Shown in pieces: positions 8,306-17,160 of a DNA stretch of 64,000 nt (position 1 is its first letter; the number at the start of each line of letters is the position of its first letter). The stretch lies in NCBI GenBank assembly GCA_017438635.1, contig JAFRUZ010000011.1, forward strand, positions 5,766 to 69,765, written 5' to 3'. This stretch comes from Bacilli bacterium (lineage in GTDB: Bacteria; Bacillota_I; Bacilli_A; RF39; UBA660). Under the pieces are notes generated by a model. That model was not told the DNA's origin. It did no database searches and was given only the letters and a program-made list of their open reading frames with translations. The translations under genes and the position numbers were made by a program.

Positions 8306-9068
8306 AAACGATATCCTCTTCTTGTTCTTTTTCATTATTTTCAAATATTTTATAACCTTTTTCCTCGATTAGATCCGCTAAAGAAGAATCCCCTGTTTTA
8401 ATTATTTTCCCATCCTTTAAAACATGAACAAAGTCAGGTTTTATCTTTTCAAGTATTTTGTTATAATGAGTAATTAATAAAATTGAACATTTTTCCCTTG
8501 CGTGGTATTCTAAAACATTTTTACATACCAAATCTAAACTGTCGACATCAAGTCCTGAATCAAGTTCATCTAGTATTAAAAACTTAGGTTTTAATATCTT
8601 CATTTGAATGATTTCATTTTTCTTTTTTTCTCCTCCAGAAAAGTTTTGATTAACTCCTCTATGCATCATTTCTTTTGAAAAACTTAAATCTTTATAGTTT
8701 TCTTCAAGTTCTTTTATAAAATCATATAACCCAATTGGTGTTTCACGATTAGAATTAATTGCCATCTTTAAAAATTCTTGATTTGTAACACCTTCAATAT
8801 CGATTGGATTTTGAAATGACATAAATATACCAAGTCTTGCTCTTTCATCAGTTGTAAGTTTAAGAATTGATTTATTATCTACTAAAATATCTCCTGATGT
8901 AACCTCATATAAAGGAGATCCCATAATAACGTTTGATAAAGTACTTTTACCTACTCCATTAGGACCCATTATTACATGAATTTCTCCTTCTTTTATATTT
9001 AAATTTAATTTTTCTAAAACTGTTTTTTCTTTTACTTTAACAGTTAAATTTTTAATTTTGATGTCCAT
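8298..9068 (-). CDS. sufC: Fe-S assembly ATPase SufC
   Basis: Walker A GPNGVGKST, ABC signature FSGGEKKK and Walker B FLILDELDSGLD. The start is at MDIKIKNL (GGTGGTGA SD). Confidence 0.95.
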   Translation of the reverse strand: MDIKIKNLTVKVKEKTVLEKLNLNIKEGEIHVIMGPNGVGKSTLSNVIMGSPLYEVTSGDILVDNKSILKLTTDERARLGIFMSFQNPIDIEGVTNQEFLKMAINSNRETPIGLYDFIKELEENYKDLSFSKEMMHRGVNQNFSGGEKKKNEIIQMKILKPKFLILDELDSGLDVDSLDLVCKNVLEYHAREKCSILLITHYNKILEKIKPDFVHVLKDGKIIKTGDSSLADLIEEKGYKIFENNEKEQEEDIVYE

Positions 9069-9178
9069 AAAAATCACCACCTATATTTTAGCACTAAAAG
9101 GTCTTTTTAACAATAAAAAAAGGTTTATAATATTTTAAATTCAAAAATAATGTAGTATACTATATAAGAGGTGAAAAT

Positions 9179-9550
9179 ATGGAAAATTGTGTTTTTTGTA
9201 AAATAGTAAGTGGTGAGTTTTCTAGTTATAAATTATATGAAGATGACAAAGTAATGGCTTTTTTAAGCGCAGGTCCTGTATCATATGGTCATACTTTAGT
9301 AACACCTAAGAAACATGTACTTGATTACGAAGAAATAGATTTAGAAACTATTACTAATATAAATAAAGTAGGACAAGAACTATATAAAAAATTAAAAGAA
9401 AAACTAAATCCTGCTTCAATACAACTAGTTCAAAATAACGGTAAACTTCAAGAAGTAAAACATTATCACTTACATTTAATACCTTTCTTTGATGAAGAAA
9501 AAGAAGGTAAAGAAAATTTAGAAGAAGTATTAAAAACTATTATGGAATAA
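9179..9550 (+). CDS. HIT-family (histidine triad) hydrolase
   Basis: CVFCKI at the N-terminus and the histidine triad HYHLHLIP. Confidence 0.9.
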   Translation: MENCVFCKIVSGEFSSYKLYEDDKVMAFLSAGPVSYGHTLVTPKKHVLDYEEIDLETITNINKVGQELYKKLKEKLNPASIQLVQNNGKLQEVKHYHLHLIPFFDEEKEGKENLEEVLKTIME

Positions 9551-9580
9551 AAAAAAGAATTATTATTAATTCTTTTTTTT
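9549..9580. terminator. Bidirectional rho-independent terminator (hit / rbfA)
   Basis: Stem AAGAATTA, loop TTAT, stem TAATTCTT, flanked by an A-run and a T-run. It lies between convergent genes. Confidence 0.55.
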
Positions 9581-9926
9581 ATAACTTATTCTCTTCTTTT
9601 AACTCTTGAATTTTTCTTTCTATATTTTCACCATATTCTACAGAGTTATCATAATGAAAACTTATTTCTGGCATTTTTCTTATATCTATACTTTTAGAAA
9701 GAGCTATTTCTATAAATTTTGAAGCACTGTTTAAAGCTTCTTCTATTTCTTCTTTATCTTCTCTATTTAAAGTAAGAAAAGAAACTTTAGCATATGATAA
9801 ATCATTTGTAATATCACAACCTGTAATTGTTACAAATTTAATTTTTGGGTTTTTTACTTCTTCAAGTATTATTCTACTTATTTCTCTAGTAAATAAACTA
9901 CCTAATTTTTCTGTTTTTAAGCTCAT
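9579..9926 (-). CDS. rbfA: Ribosome-binding factor A
   Basis: 115 aa with the REISRIILEEVKNPKI...VTITGCDITNDLSYAKV pattern. Its ATGA overlaps the infB stop, and it occupies the canonical position after infB. Confidence 0.9.
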   Translation of the reverse strand: MSLKTEKLGSLFTREISRIILEEVKNPKIKFVTITGCDITNDLSYAKVSFLTLNREDKEEIEEALNSASKFIEIALSKSIDIRKMPEISFHYDNSVEYGENIERKIQELKEENKL

Positions 9927-12043
9927 TTTATCTTTACCTCTTCCATCGTATATGCTTCAATTATATCTCCTTCTTTTATATCGTTAAAGTTTTCAATAGT
10001 AATACCACATTCTATACCTTTTTTAACTTCATTTGCTTTTTCTTTACCTCTTTGTATAGATCCAATTTGTCCATCATAAATTACGATTCCATCTCTAATT
10101 ACTCTAGCTTTATCATTATTTTTGATAACACCATCTGATACAAAACATCCAGCAATTGTTCCAACTTTAGAGAATTTAAACAATTGTCTTACTTCTGCTT
10201 CACCAAGAATTTTTTCTTCATATTCTGGGTCAAGCATCCCAAGAATAGCATCTTCAAGTTCTTCAATTATTTTATATATTACATTATGAAGTCTTATATC
10301 TACTCCATATTCTTTTGCTAAATCAACAGTCTTACTATTTGGTCTTACGTTAAAACCAATGATAATAGCATCTGATGCATTAGCAAGTATTACATCACTT
10401 TCAGTAATTGTTCCTACACCACTTCTTATAACATCAACTTTTACATCGTGAGAATCAATTTTTGATAGTGACTGTTTAATAGCTTCTTCACTACCCTTAA
10501 CATCTGTTTTTAATACTACACTTATTGTTTTAGCACCTTCTTTTACTTTACTAAACAAATCTTCAAGTGTCATACCTGATCTATTAGTATTTGATTCAGA
10601 AAAACGCATTTTTCTTTCTTCAGAAACTTTTCTTGCTTCTTTTTCTGTTTCAAATGCCATGAAACGATCACCTGCAACTGGCAAATCTGTTAAACCTGTA
10701 ATTTCTACAGGAGTACTTGGCGCAGCAGTTGTTATATTTTCTCCTCTATCATTTTTTAATGTACGAACTTTTCCGTAATTAGTACCTACTACAACAGGAT
10801 CTCCAAGACGAAGTGTACCATTTTGAATTAGAATAGTAGCAACTGTTCCTATATTTTTATCAAGTCTAGCTTCAATTACAGAACCACTAGCATATCTATT
10901 TGGATTAGCCCTTAAGTTTTCCATATCTGCTACTAAAAGAATGTTGTCTAATAATTCTGGAATACCCATTTTTGTTTTTGCAGAAATCTTGTTTACTAAA
11001 GTATCTCCGCCCCATTCTTCTGGAGTTAGACCGGCTTCAGAAAGTTCTGTTAAAACTCTCTCAGGATTTGCACTAGGTAAATCCATTTTATTAATAGCCA
11101 CAATTATAGGTACTTTTGCAGCTTTAGCATGATCTATTGCTTCAATAGTTTGAGGTTTAACACCATCTTCTGCAGATACTATTATTATTACTATATCTGT
11201 AACAGAAGCACCTCTTGCTCTCATTTCTGTAAATGCTGCATGTCCTGGAGTATCTATAAATGTAATTAATCTGTCATTTGCTTTTACTTGATATGCACCA
11301 ATATGTTGAGTAATACCACCAGCTTCCCCAGACACTACACTTGTTTCTCTAATAGCATCAAGAAGTGAAGTTTTACCGTGATCTACATGCCCCATTATAG
11401 TAACAACAGGAGGACGTGCTATCAAATCTTCTTCTTTATCAATTATTTCATATTCTTCGAAATTAGAAATATCTCTAGTTTCTTCTTTTACTAATTCTTT
11501 ATTATAATCTACTACCAATAGTTCAGCAGTACCAAAGTCTATACTTTGATTTAAATTAGTAAGTGCTCCAAGATCAAATAACTTTTTAATTAAAGTTGCT
11601 GGAGCTTCTCCAAGAGCATCTGCGAGTTCTTTTACAGTCATTCCTTCTTTGTATAAAACTACTGTTTCATCTTTTTCATCATTCGTTTGAAGTTTTTCTT
11701 TATGCTTATATAGTTTCTTTTTAGCTTTTAGATAATCTTTATTATCTTTTTTATTAGAAACTGGTTTCTTTTTCATCTTTTGAGTTGCTTCGTCATGAAC
11801 AATTTCAATTCTTAAATCTTTCTCAAGTTCATCATCATCAACTACTTCATCTTCATAAGAATCTTCCTCAATTTCTTCATCTTGTTCTTCATCAATAGGA
11901 AGTTCATTATCAAGCATAATAATATCATCTTCACTAAGCATATCTTCTTCATTTGTAGCTTTAATATCTAGTTTTTTACATAGTTTTAAAACTTCTTCTA
12001 CTGTTTTGTCTACATCGACTGCATATTCCATTACACTCATCAT
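9923..12043 (-). CDS. infB: Translation initiation factor IF-2
   Basis: G-domain motifs GHVDHGKTSLLD, DTPGH and NKMD. Acidic/lysine-rich N-terminal region. The start is chosen at MMSVMEY (AGAGGTGA SD 5 nt upstream). Confidence 0.95.
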   Translation of the reverse strand: MMSVMEYAVDVDKTVEEVLKLCKKLDIKATNEEDMLSEDDIIMLDNELPIDEEQDEEIEEDSYEDEVVDDDELEKDLRIEIVHDEATQKMKKKPVSNKKDNKDYLKAKKKLYKHKEKLQTNDEKDETVVLYKEGMTVKELADALGEAPATLIKKLFDLGALTNLNQSIDFGTAELLVVDYNKELVKEETRDISNFEEYEIIDKEEDLIARPPVVTIMGHVDHGKTSLLDAIRETSVVSGEAGGITQHIGAYQVKANDRLITFIDTPGHAAFTEMRARGASVTDIVIIIVSAEDGVKPQTIEAIDHAKAAKVPIIVAINKMDLPSANPERVLTELSEAGLTPEEWGGDTLVNKISAKTKMGIPELLDNILLVADMENLRANPNRYASGSVIEARLDKNIGTVATILIQNGTLRLGDPVVVGTNYGKVRTLKNDRGENITTAAPSTPVEITGLTDLPVAGDRFMAFETEKEARKVSEERKMRFSESNTNRSGMTLEDLFSKVKEGAKTISVVLKTDVKGSEEAIKQSLSKIDSHDVKVDVIRSGVGTITESDVILANASDAIIIGFNVRPNSKTVDLAKEYGVDIRLHNVIYKIIEELEDAILGMLDPEYEEKILGEAEVRQLFKFSKVGTIAGCFVSDGVIKNNDKARVIRDGIVIYDGQIGSIQRGKEKANEVKKGIECGITIENFNDIKEGDIIEAYTMEEVKIK

Positions 12044-12068
12044 ATGTATCACCTCTTTCTTTTTATTT

Positions 12069-12326
12069 TTAACACTTTTGTATTAATTCATCGTATACCT
12101 TATCCTCAATACTTGTTTCAAGATGTCTTTCTAATATTTTACTAGTTCTTGCTTTTTCAATGACATCTTTATCTTTTTTTAAGTAAGCCCCTCTTCCGTT
12201 TTGTTTCCCGGTTTCATCAACTACAACTGTTCCTAGAGGAGTTCTTACTACTCTAATGAGTTCCTTTTTAGGATATTTTTCATGTGTAACGACACATGTT
12301 CTCATAGGAATCTTTTTTGGTTTCAT
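12069..12326 (-). CDS. ylxR: YlxR/RnpM-family RNA-binding protein (DUF448)
   Basis: PMRTCVVT...EL(I)RVV...DETGKQNGRGAYL motif. It lies between nusA and infB. The start at MKPKK has a GGTGA SD inside the nusA 3' end. Confidence 0.85.
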   Translation of the reverse strand: MKPKKIPMRTCVVTHEKYPKKELIRVVRTPLGTVVVDETGKQNGRGAYLKKDKDVIEKARTSKILERHLETSIEDKVYDELIQKC

Positions 12327-12327
12327 A

Positions 12328-13398
12328 TTATTCACCTACTCTTATATTAATACCCATTTCTTTTACTTGTTCACTGTTTTTTACATCAATCTTAAATTTA
12401 GTAAGACGAGAAGCTAAACGAACATTTTGTCCTTTTTTACCAAGTGCTAATGAGAAATCATCTCCATCTGCTATAGCAAGTGCTTCACTCTTTTTAGGAT
12501 CTAGTATATAAACAGATACATTCTTTGCAGGATTTAAAGCATTCTTAATAAATTCTTCTTTATCTTCAGAGTATCTAATTATATCTAATTTTTCACCAGA
12601 TAATTCTTTTATTATATTTGATATTCTAGAACCTCTTTCACCAATACAACATCCAATCGGATCTATATTAGCATATTCAGAATATACTGCAACTTTACTT
12701 CTAGAACCTGGATCTCTTGCAACAGCATATATCATTACAGATCCATCTGCAAGTTCAGGTATTTCAAGTTCAAATAATCTTTTTACAAAGTTATAATGAC
12801 TTCTTGATAAAAGAATAATAGTTCCTTTTGCATTTGAATTTACTTTTGTAACATAAGCCTTTATATTTGAACCCATTTCAATTTTTTCATCACCAATTAA
12901 CTCAGATTTTGGAAGTATTCCATTAGTTCTTCCTAAATCAATATAATAATTGTTTTCATCTTCAAGAGCTACAGTACCTGAGATTAATTCTCCTTCTTTT
13001 TCTCCAAACTCTTCGATTAAACTATTTCTTTCTGCTTCTCTAACTTTTTGAATAACTACTTGTTTCGCAGTAGATGCTGCAACCCTACCAAAGTTATCTG
13101 GTGTTACTTCAGTATCAATAGTATCTCCAAGTTCTAAAGTTTTATCAATTTTCTTAGCATCTTTTAAAGATATTTCAGTATCTTCATCTTCTACTTCTTC
13201 TACTACTGTTTTATAAGAATAAATCTTAATATCACCAGTTTCCCTATTAATATTAACTTTAGCGTTAGTTAAAGAATCAAAATTCTTTTTATATGCAGAT
13301 AAAAGTGCAAGTTCCATAGCTTCGAAAATAATATTACGATCTATCTTTTTTTCCTTTTCAAGTAAATCTACTGCATTTAAAAACTCTTGACCATTCAT
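12328..13398 (-). CDS. nusA: Transcription termination/antitermination factor NusA
   Basis: NGQEFLNAVDLLEKEKKIDRNIIFEAME N-terminus, S1 and KH regions (GRTNGILPKSE, DPIGCCIGERGSRI, LALGKKGQNVRLAS). The start at MNGQEF has an AAGGAGG SD. Confidence 0.95.
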   Translation of the reverse strand: MNGQEFLNAVDLLEKEKKIDRNIIFEAMELALLSAYKKNFDSLTNAKVNINRETGDIKIYSYKTVVEEVEDEDTEISLKDAKKIDKTLELGDTIDTEVTPDNFGRVAASTAKQVVIQKVREAERNSLIEEFGEKEGELISGTVALEDENNYYIDLGRTNGILPKSELIGDEKIEMGSNIKAYVTKVNSNAKGTIILLSRSHYNFVKRLFELEIPELADGSVMIYAVARDPGSRSKVAVYSEYANIDPIGCCIGERGSRISNIIKELSGEKLDIIRYSEDKEEFIKNALNPAKNVSVYILDPKKSEALAIADGDDFSLALGKKGQNVRLASRLTKFKIDVKNSEQVKEMGINIRVGE

Positions 13399-13399
13399 C

Positions 13400-13636
13400 T
13401 TAATTACCTCCTTTTTCTTTGCTAGATATATCAAGCATATATTCATTTTTTATAAAGTCTTCTTTATCTAAAATATCATTTATCAAGTGACTAGCTTCTA
13501 CAATACGATTTAAATCAATTACTTCATCACTATCTAATACTATGTTTAGATTACCTTTTTCAAAACTTATACTATCTACAACCATATTAAGCTTCTCTAA
13601 AGGTTTTGCTATTACTTTTTTTACTTTTTCTTCCAT
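13400..13636 (-). CDS. rimP: Ribosome maturation factor RimP, N-terminal domain only (78 aa)
   Basis: It occupies the canonical position directly upstream of nusA. The pattern is ...VIAKPLEKLNMVVDSISFEK...LNIVLDS...IDLNRIVEASHLINDILD...YMLDISS, then it stops 2 nt before the nusA ATG. The Sm-like C-terminal domain is absent. Confidence 0.6.
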   Translation of the reverse strand: MEEKVKKVIAKPLEKLNMVVDSISFEKGNLNIVLDSDEVIDLNRIVEASHLINDILDKEDFIKNEYMLDISSKEKGGN

Positions 13637-13657
13637 AATGACTCCTTACATGAACAA

Positions 13658-13677
13658 AAGTGGGATTAATCCCACTT
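13658..13677 (-). promoter_or_regulatory. Leader hairpin (possible attenuator) of the rimP-nusA-infB operon
   Basis: Perfect 20-nt palindrome AAGTGGGATTAATCCCACTT followed on the minus strand by TTTTGTT. It lies between the predicted promoter and the rimP SD. Confidence 0.4.
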
Positions 13678-13689
13678 CGTTGTACATAA

Positions 13690-13717
13690 ATTATATCATA
13701 AAATCCATATAATGCAA
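13690..13717 (-). promoter_or_regulatory. Promoter of the rimP-nusA operon
   Basis: The minus strand reads TTGCAT, a 16-nt spacer, then TATAAT with a TGn extension (TGATATAAT). Confidence 0.45.
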
Positions 13718-13736
13718 AGGTTTTTGCAAAATATTA

Positions 13737-15359
13737 CTATTTTAATCTATTTAATCCAGTTATTAATGTAGGTACTACTTGTTTTTTTCTAGAAACTTGA
13801 TCATCAATATAAACACCTTGTTCTATGTCTTTTAAACCATATCCAGATTCTAGAACTTCTTTACCACTCTTAGTAAAGATAAAGTAAGAACCATTTCTGA
13901 TTATATCAGTAATAACTACTACTATAAACTTAAATCCATTTTCTTTAGCCATATCTTCAATTAATGATATATAACCTTCCATATCTTTTTTAATTGAATC
14001 AAAATCTAAAGTGAATATTTGACTTACAGCATATTTAACATCATCACCATAAGTAAATGTTTTTATATCAGTATTAATAACTTCTTGTTTAGTTTTTCCT
14101 TCCAAAGAAGTACCTGCTTTAAACATATCAAAACCATATTTTTCATAATCAACACCTGCAAGTTTTGATAAATCGTTTACTACTTCTACATCAAGTTCAG
14201 TAGTCGTAGGACTTTTTAGAATAAGTGTATCAGATAGTATTCCGGAAAGCATTAATCCTGCGATATCTGAAGGAATCTTTACATTGTTTTCTTTATATAA
14301 CTGATGAATAATTGTATTAGAACTACCTACAGCCATATTTCTGAAATTAATTGGTAAACTTGTAGTTAAATCTCCAATTTTATGATGGTCAACTATTTCA
14401 AGTATTTCTGCTTGAGAAAGGCCTGTAATGCTTTGAGCACTTTCGTTATGATCTACTAAAATAACATGTTTTCTATTAACATTTTCTAAGTCTGTTAAAC
14501 GAAGAAGTCCTAAACATTTATTATCGTCATCTACTACTGGATAGTTGTTATGTCTAAGTTTTCTAGATAAATCTACAAAATCATCATAATATCCATTTTC
14601 GTTTACAACAACAGTTTCTTTAGCGCAGAATACACTTGCGTAATTAGTAAGAGATATAAACTTTAAAGCCTTAAAAACTTCAAGTTCTGTTCTAATTATA
14701 TTAATCTTATTTTTCTTTGCTTCTTCTAATAGTTTTTTATCAATATCAAATGAACCAATTACAATAATATTCTTAGCTTTGTTTTTAATTGTGCTTTCAA
14801 TTAAATCTTTATTTGATATAACAAAAACACTATTTTTACCAGATTCAACTACTTCTTTTTCAAAATCAGAATCAATTTCATTAGCAATGATTTCTCCATC
14901 AATTTCATCATTAAATCTAAGTATTTCTTTTCCTTCCAAAACCTCAAGTACATTATCATATGAAGTAGTTACATGAGTTAAAGCAACACCAAGTAATTTC
15001 TTTAATATCATTTTTGAAGTAATAAGTCCTAAATAAGTACCATCATCATTTACAATAGGAAGCCCTGTTATTTCCTTATCTATTAAAAAATCATAAACCT
15101 TTTTAATAGAAACTGTTCCTTTCATACAGTAATCCTTATGATATACAATATCTTTAATTTGAACTTTTACATTATCTAAATACTTCGGTGCATTAACTTT
15201 AAAATGATTTAAAACAAATTCAGTTTCTTTACTTATTGCATCTAAAACCCTAGGTTCTGTATTCATTCCTAATTTGTTTTTTAAATAAGACAAACTGATA
15301 GCACCACAAACAGTATCAGTATCTGGGTTATGGTGACCAAACACATATGTTTTTTCCAT
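13737..15359 (-). CDS. ppaC: Family II (DHH/DHHA2) inorganic pyrophosphatase with a CBS-domain insert
   Basis: N-terminus YVFGHHNPDTDTVCGA and later DHNE...VDHHKIG (DHH motifs). The DHHA2 C-terminus has GILSDTLILKSPTT. CBS-like segments lie between them. The start at MEKTYVF has an AAGGAGTGA SD. Confidence 0.9.
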   Translation of the reverse strand: MEKTYVFGHHNPDTDTVCGAISLSYLKNKLGMNTEPRVLDAISKETEFVLNHFKVNAPKYLDNVKVQIKDIVYHKDYCMKGTVSIKKVYDFLIDKEITGLPIVNDDGTYLGLITSKMILKKLLGVALTHVTTSYDNVLEVLEGKEILRFNDEIDGEIIANEIDSDFEKEVVESGKNSVFVISNKDLIESTIKNKAKNIIVIGSFDIDKKLLEEAKKNKINIIRTELEVFKALKFISLTNYASVFCAKETVVVNENGYYDDFVDLSRKLRHNNYPVVDDDNKCLGLLRLTDLENVNRKHVILVDHNESAQSITGLSQAEILEIVDHHKIGDLTTSLPINFRNMAVGSSNTIIHQLYKENNVKIPSDIAGLMLSGILSDTLILKSPTTTELDVEVVNDLSKLAGVDYEKYGFDMFKAGTSLEGKTKQEVINTDIKTFTYGDDVKYAVSQIFTLDFDSIKKDMEGYISLIEDMAKENGFKFIVVVITDIIRNGSYFIFTKSGKEVLESGYGLKDIEQGVYIDDQVSRKKQVVPTLITGLNRLK

Positions 15360-15449
15360 AAACATCACTCCTTTTTTTACAATACTAATTTTATCATAAA
15401 AATGCTAAAAAAAGTATAAAAATAATAAAAAAATGTATATTTAAATAGA

Positions 15450-15478
15450 TTGACTAATAAAAAATATAATGTTACAAT
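15450..15478 (+). promoter_or_regulatory. Promoter for tRNA-Cys
   Basis: TTGACT, a 17-nt spacer, then TACAAT with a TG extension. It ends 9 nt before the tRNA 5' end. Confidence 0.5.
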
Positions 15479-15487
15479 TACTAAGAC

Positions 15488-15562
15488 GGGTCTATAGCCA
15501 AGTGGTAAGGCGTGGGTCTGCAAAACCCTGATTCGTCGGTTCAAATCCGACTAGGCCCTCCA
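15488..15562 (+). tRNA. tRNA-Cys (anticodon GCA), CCA encoded
   Basis: Hand-folded cloverleaf. The acceptor GGGTCTA pairs with TAGGCCC. The anticodon loop is CTGCAAA. The T-arm is GTCGG-TTCAAAT-CCGAC. The discriminator is U73, the CysRS identity element, followed by CCA. Confidence 0.9.
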
Positions 15563-15573
15563 AAAAAGATAAA

Positions 15574-15603
15574 AACTAACTATTTTTAGTTAGTTTTTTT
15601 ATA
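15574..15603. terminator. Bidirectional rho-independent terminator
   Basis: Stem AACTAACTA, loop TTTT, stem TAGTTAGTT followed by a T-run, with an A-run upstream. It overlaps the stop codon of the convergent 264-aa gene. Confidence 0.6.
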
Positions 15604-16370
15604 CGTATTTTTTTAAGTCTAGCTTTTTCAAGAGTATCTTGATTATACTCATCATATGTAAGTGGCAAACCATATAATAACCTAGTATCAAATGAATAAC
15701 CTTCTTCTGCTATTCGCTTCTTTAGTAGTTTTAAATCAAATAATTGATTAGTTTCAAGAAGAAATCTAAATGTAGGACAATCCAAATAGTATCCATTATC
15801 ATGATAGCCTCTTATATAAGAACAATAAAGCATTGTTCTTACATCTAATAAATCTTTAGTTTTATTTTGATTTTTTAATAAGTTTACTACATACTTCCAA
15901 GAATTTATATAAGCAAGTCGTTCTCCAGGATTTATTGAAGGGTTACTTTTAGTAGCAAGAGTCAATATCAATAAATCCATTTCACTTATCTTTTTAGGTT
16001 CTAAGCCACTTGCTATAGCATAACTTCTAAGTGCATAAAACAATACTTTTGATTCGATATCGTTTTTGCCTTCTTCAAGTTTTTTTAAGTTCTTAGCGTG
16101 TTCTATTTCATGTTTTATTGTATTTATACCTAAAACATTTTTAGAAAGAAGAGTGTTTTCATTTATTGTTTTTTTATTTATAACAATACTTTTATTATCA
16201 TTTGAATAAGTTCCAAAAAAATCAGTTTGTTTTTCACAAATATCAAAGTCATGAATATATGGCCACAAATCTTGTTCATTAATCATCATATAATCAAAAG
16301 CCTTTATAATAAATTCGTCATCTATATCTCTGTCTTTATAAGATTGATATAACTCGTACAAATTAGTCAT
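15576..16370 (-). CDS. Hypothetical protein with an HExxH motif (possible metallopeptidase)
   Basis: 264 aa with IKHEIEHAKN. The start at MTNLYEL has a GGAAGGTG SD. No other motif was recognised. Confidence 0.5.
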   Translation of the reverse strand: MTNLYELYQSYKDRDIDDEFIIKAFDYMMINEQDLWPYIHDFDICEKQTDFFGTYSNDNKSIVINKKTINENTLLSKNVLGINTIKHEIEHAKNLKKLEEGKNDIESKVLFYALRSYAIASGLEPKKISEMDLLILTLATKSNPSINPGERLAYINSWKYVVNLLKNQNKTKDLLDVRTMLYCSYIRGYHDNGYYLDCPTFRFLLETNQLFDLKLLKKRIAEEGYSFDTRLLYGLPLTYDEYNQDTLEKARLKKIRIKKLTKNS

Positions 16371-16414
16371 CAAAAACACCTTCCTATTTTATTATAACAA
16401 AAAAAGCAGCAATA

Positions 16415-16993
16415 TTAACTGTCTTTTTTCCAATTCTCATACTGAGTAATTATAATACTTGCAACTTCATCAGGAGTTTTATCAGTAGTATCAACTACTA
16501 AATCGTAATTATTCATATCTGTTCTATCTACTCCATATAAATTTAAATATCTTTCATTTTCACTATTTGTTCTTTCAATTAATGCTTGTTTATGTTCATC
16601 AATTGAAGAATAGTTTTCTAAATCTTTCCTCTTTTCATCATTAAAAGCTCTTTTGGCAGCCTCATCTATATGAACTTTTAAATACACTTTAAAAGATTCT
16701 GGTACTGCATACCAACCTAATCGTGCATCAATAATAAAATTATCATGAGTTTCAGCGTGTTTCTTAGCACTGTTTTCTATTTCAATATCTATTTCAGGAT
16801 GCTCTTCTACATATTTAGTAAACTCTGATAAATCCATATCATACTCTTTAGCAAGTTTTCTAAAATACTCACCATTTCTATAAATACTATGTCCAAGTTT
16901 TTCCATTAAAATCTCTGAAACAGCACCTTTTCCAGACGCTAAATCTCCAGAAATTGAAATTATATTTTTCTTTTGCAAAACAATCATCTCCAA
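16415..16993 (-). CDS. Cytidylate kinase-like P-loop NMP kinase
   Basis: P-loop ISISGDLASGKGAVSE and IIDARLGWY (NMP-binding-like). The start is ambiguous: the TTG at 16978, preceded by GGAGATGA, is an alternative. Confidence 0.7.
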   Translation of the reverse strand: MEMIVLQKKNIISISGDLASGKGAVSEILMEKLGHSIYRNGEYFRKLAKEYDMDLSEFTKYVEEHPEIDIEIENSAKKHAETHDNFIIDARLGWYAVPESFKVYLKVHIDEAAKRAFNDEKRKDLENYSSIDEHKQALIERTNSENERYLNLYGVDRTDMNNYDLVVDTTDKTPDEVASIIITQYENWKKDS

Positions 16994-17160
16994 GAAAAAT
17001 ATAACATAAGGACCAAAAAAATAAAATTAATTCAAAAAAAAATAACATTTTTTTTACACAAAATGTGTAAATATATAGTAAAAATACTAGTCACAATTAG
17101 GTAAATAATTCTATTAATGATATAATATAATATATAGATAGTATGAAAGGATGTGTTCTC

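Noticed and set aside
13400-13636. rimP as a frameshifted pseudogene
   Set aside because: nusA starts 2 nt after the rimP stop, so there is no downstream sequence that could encode the missing C-terminal domain in another frame. It is treated as a short gene.
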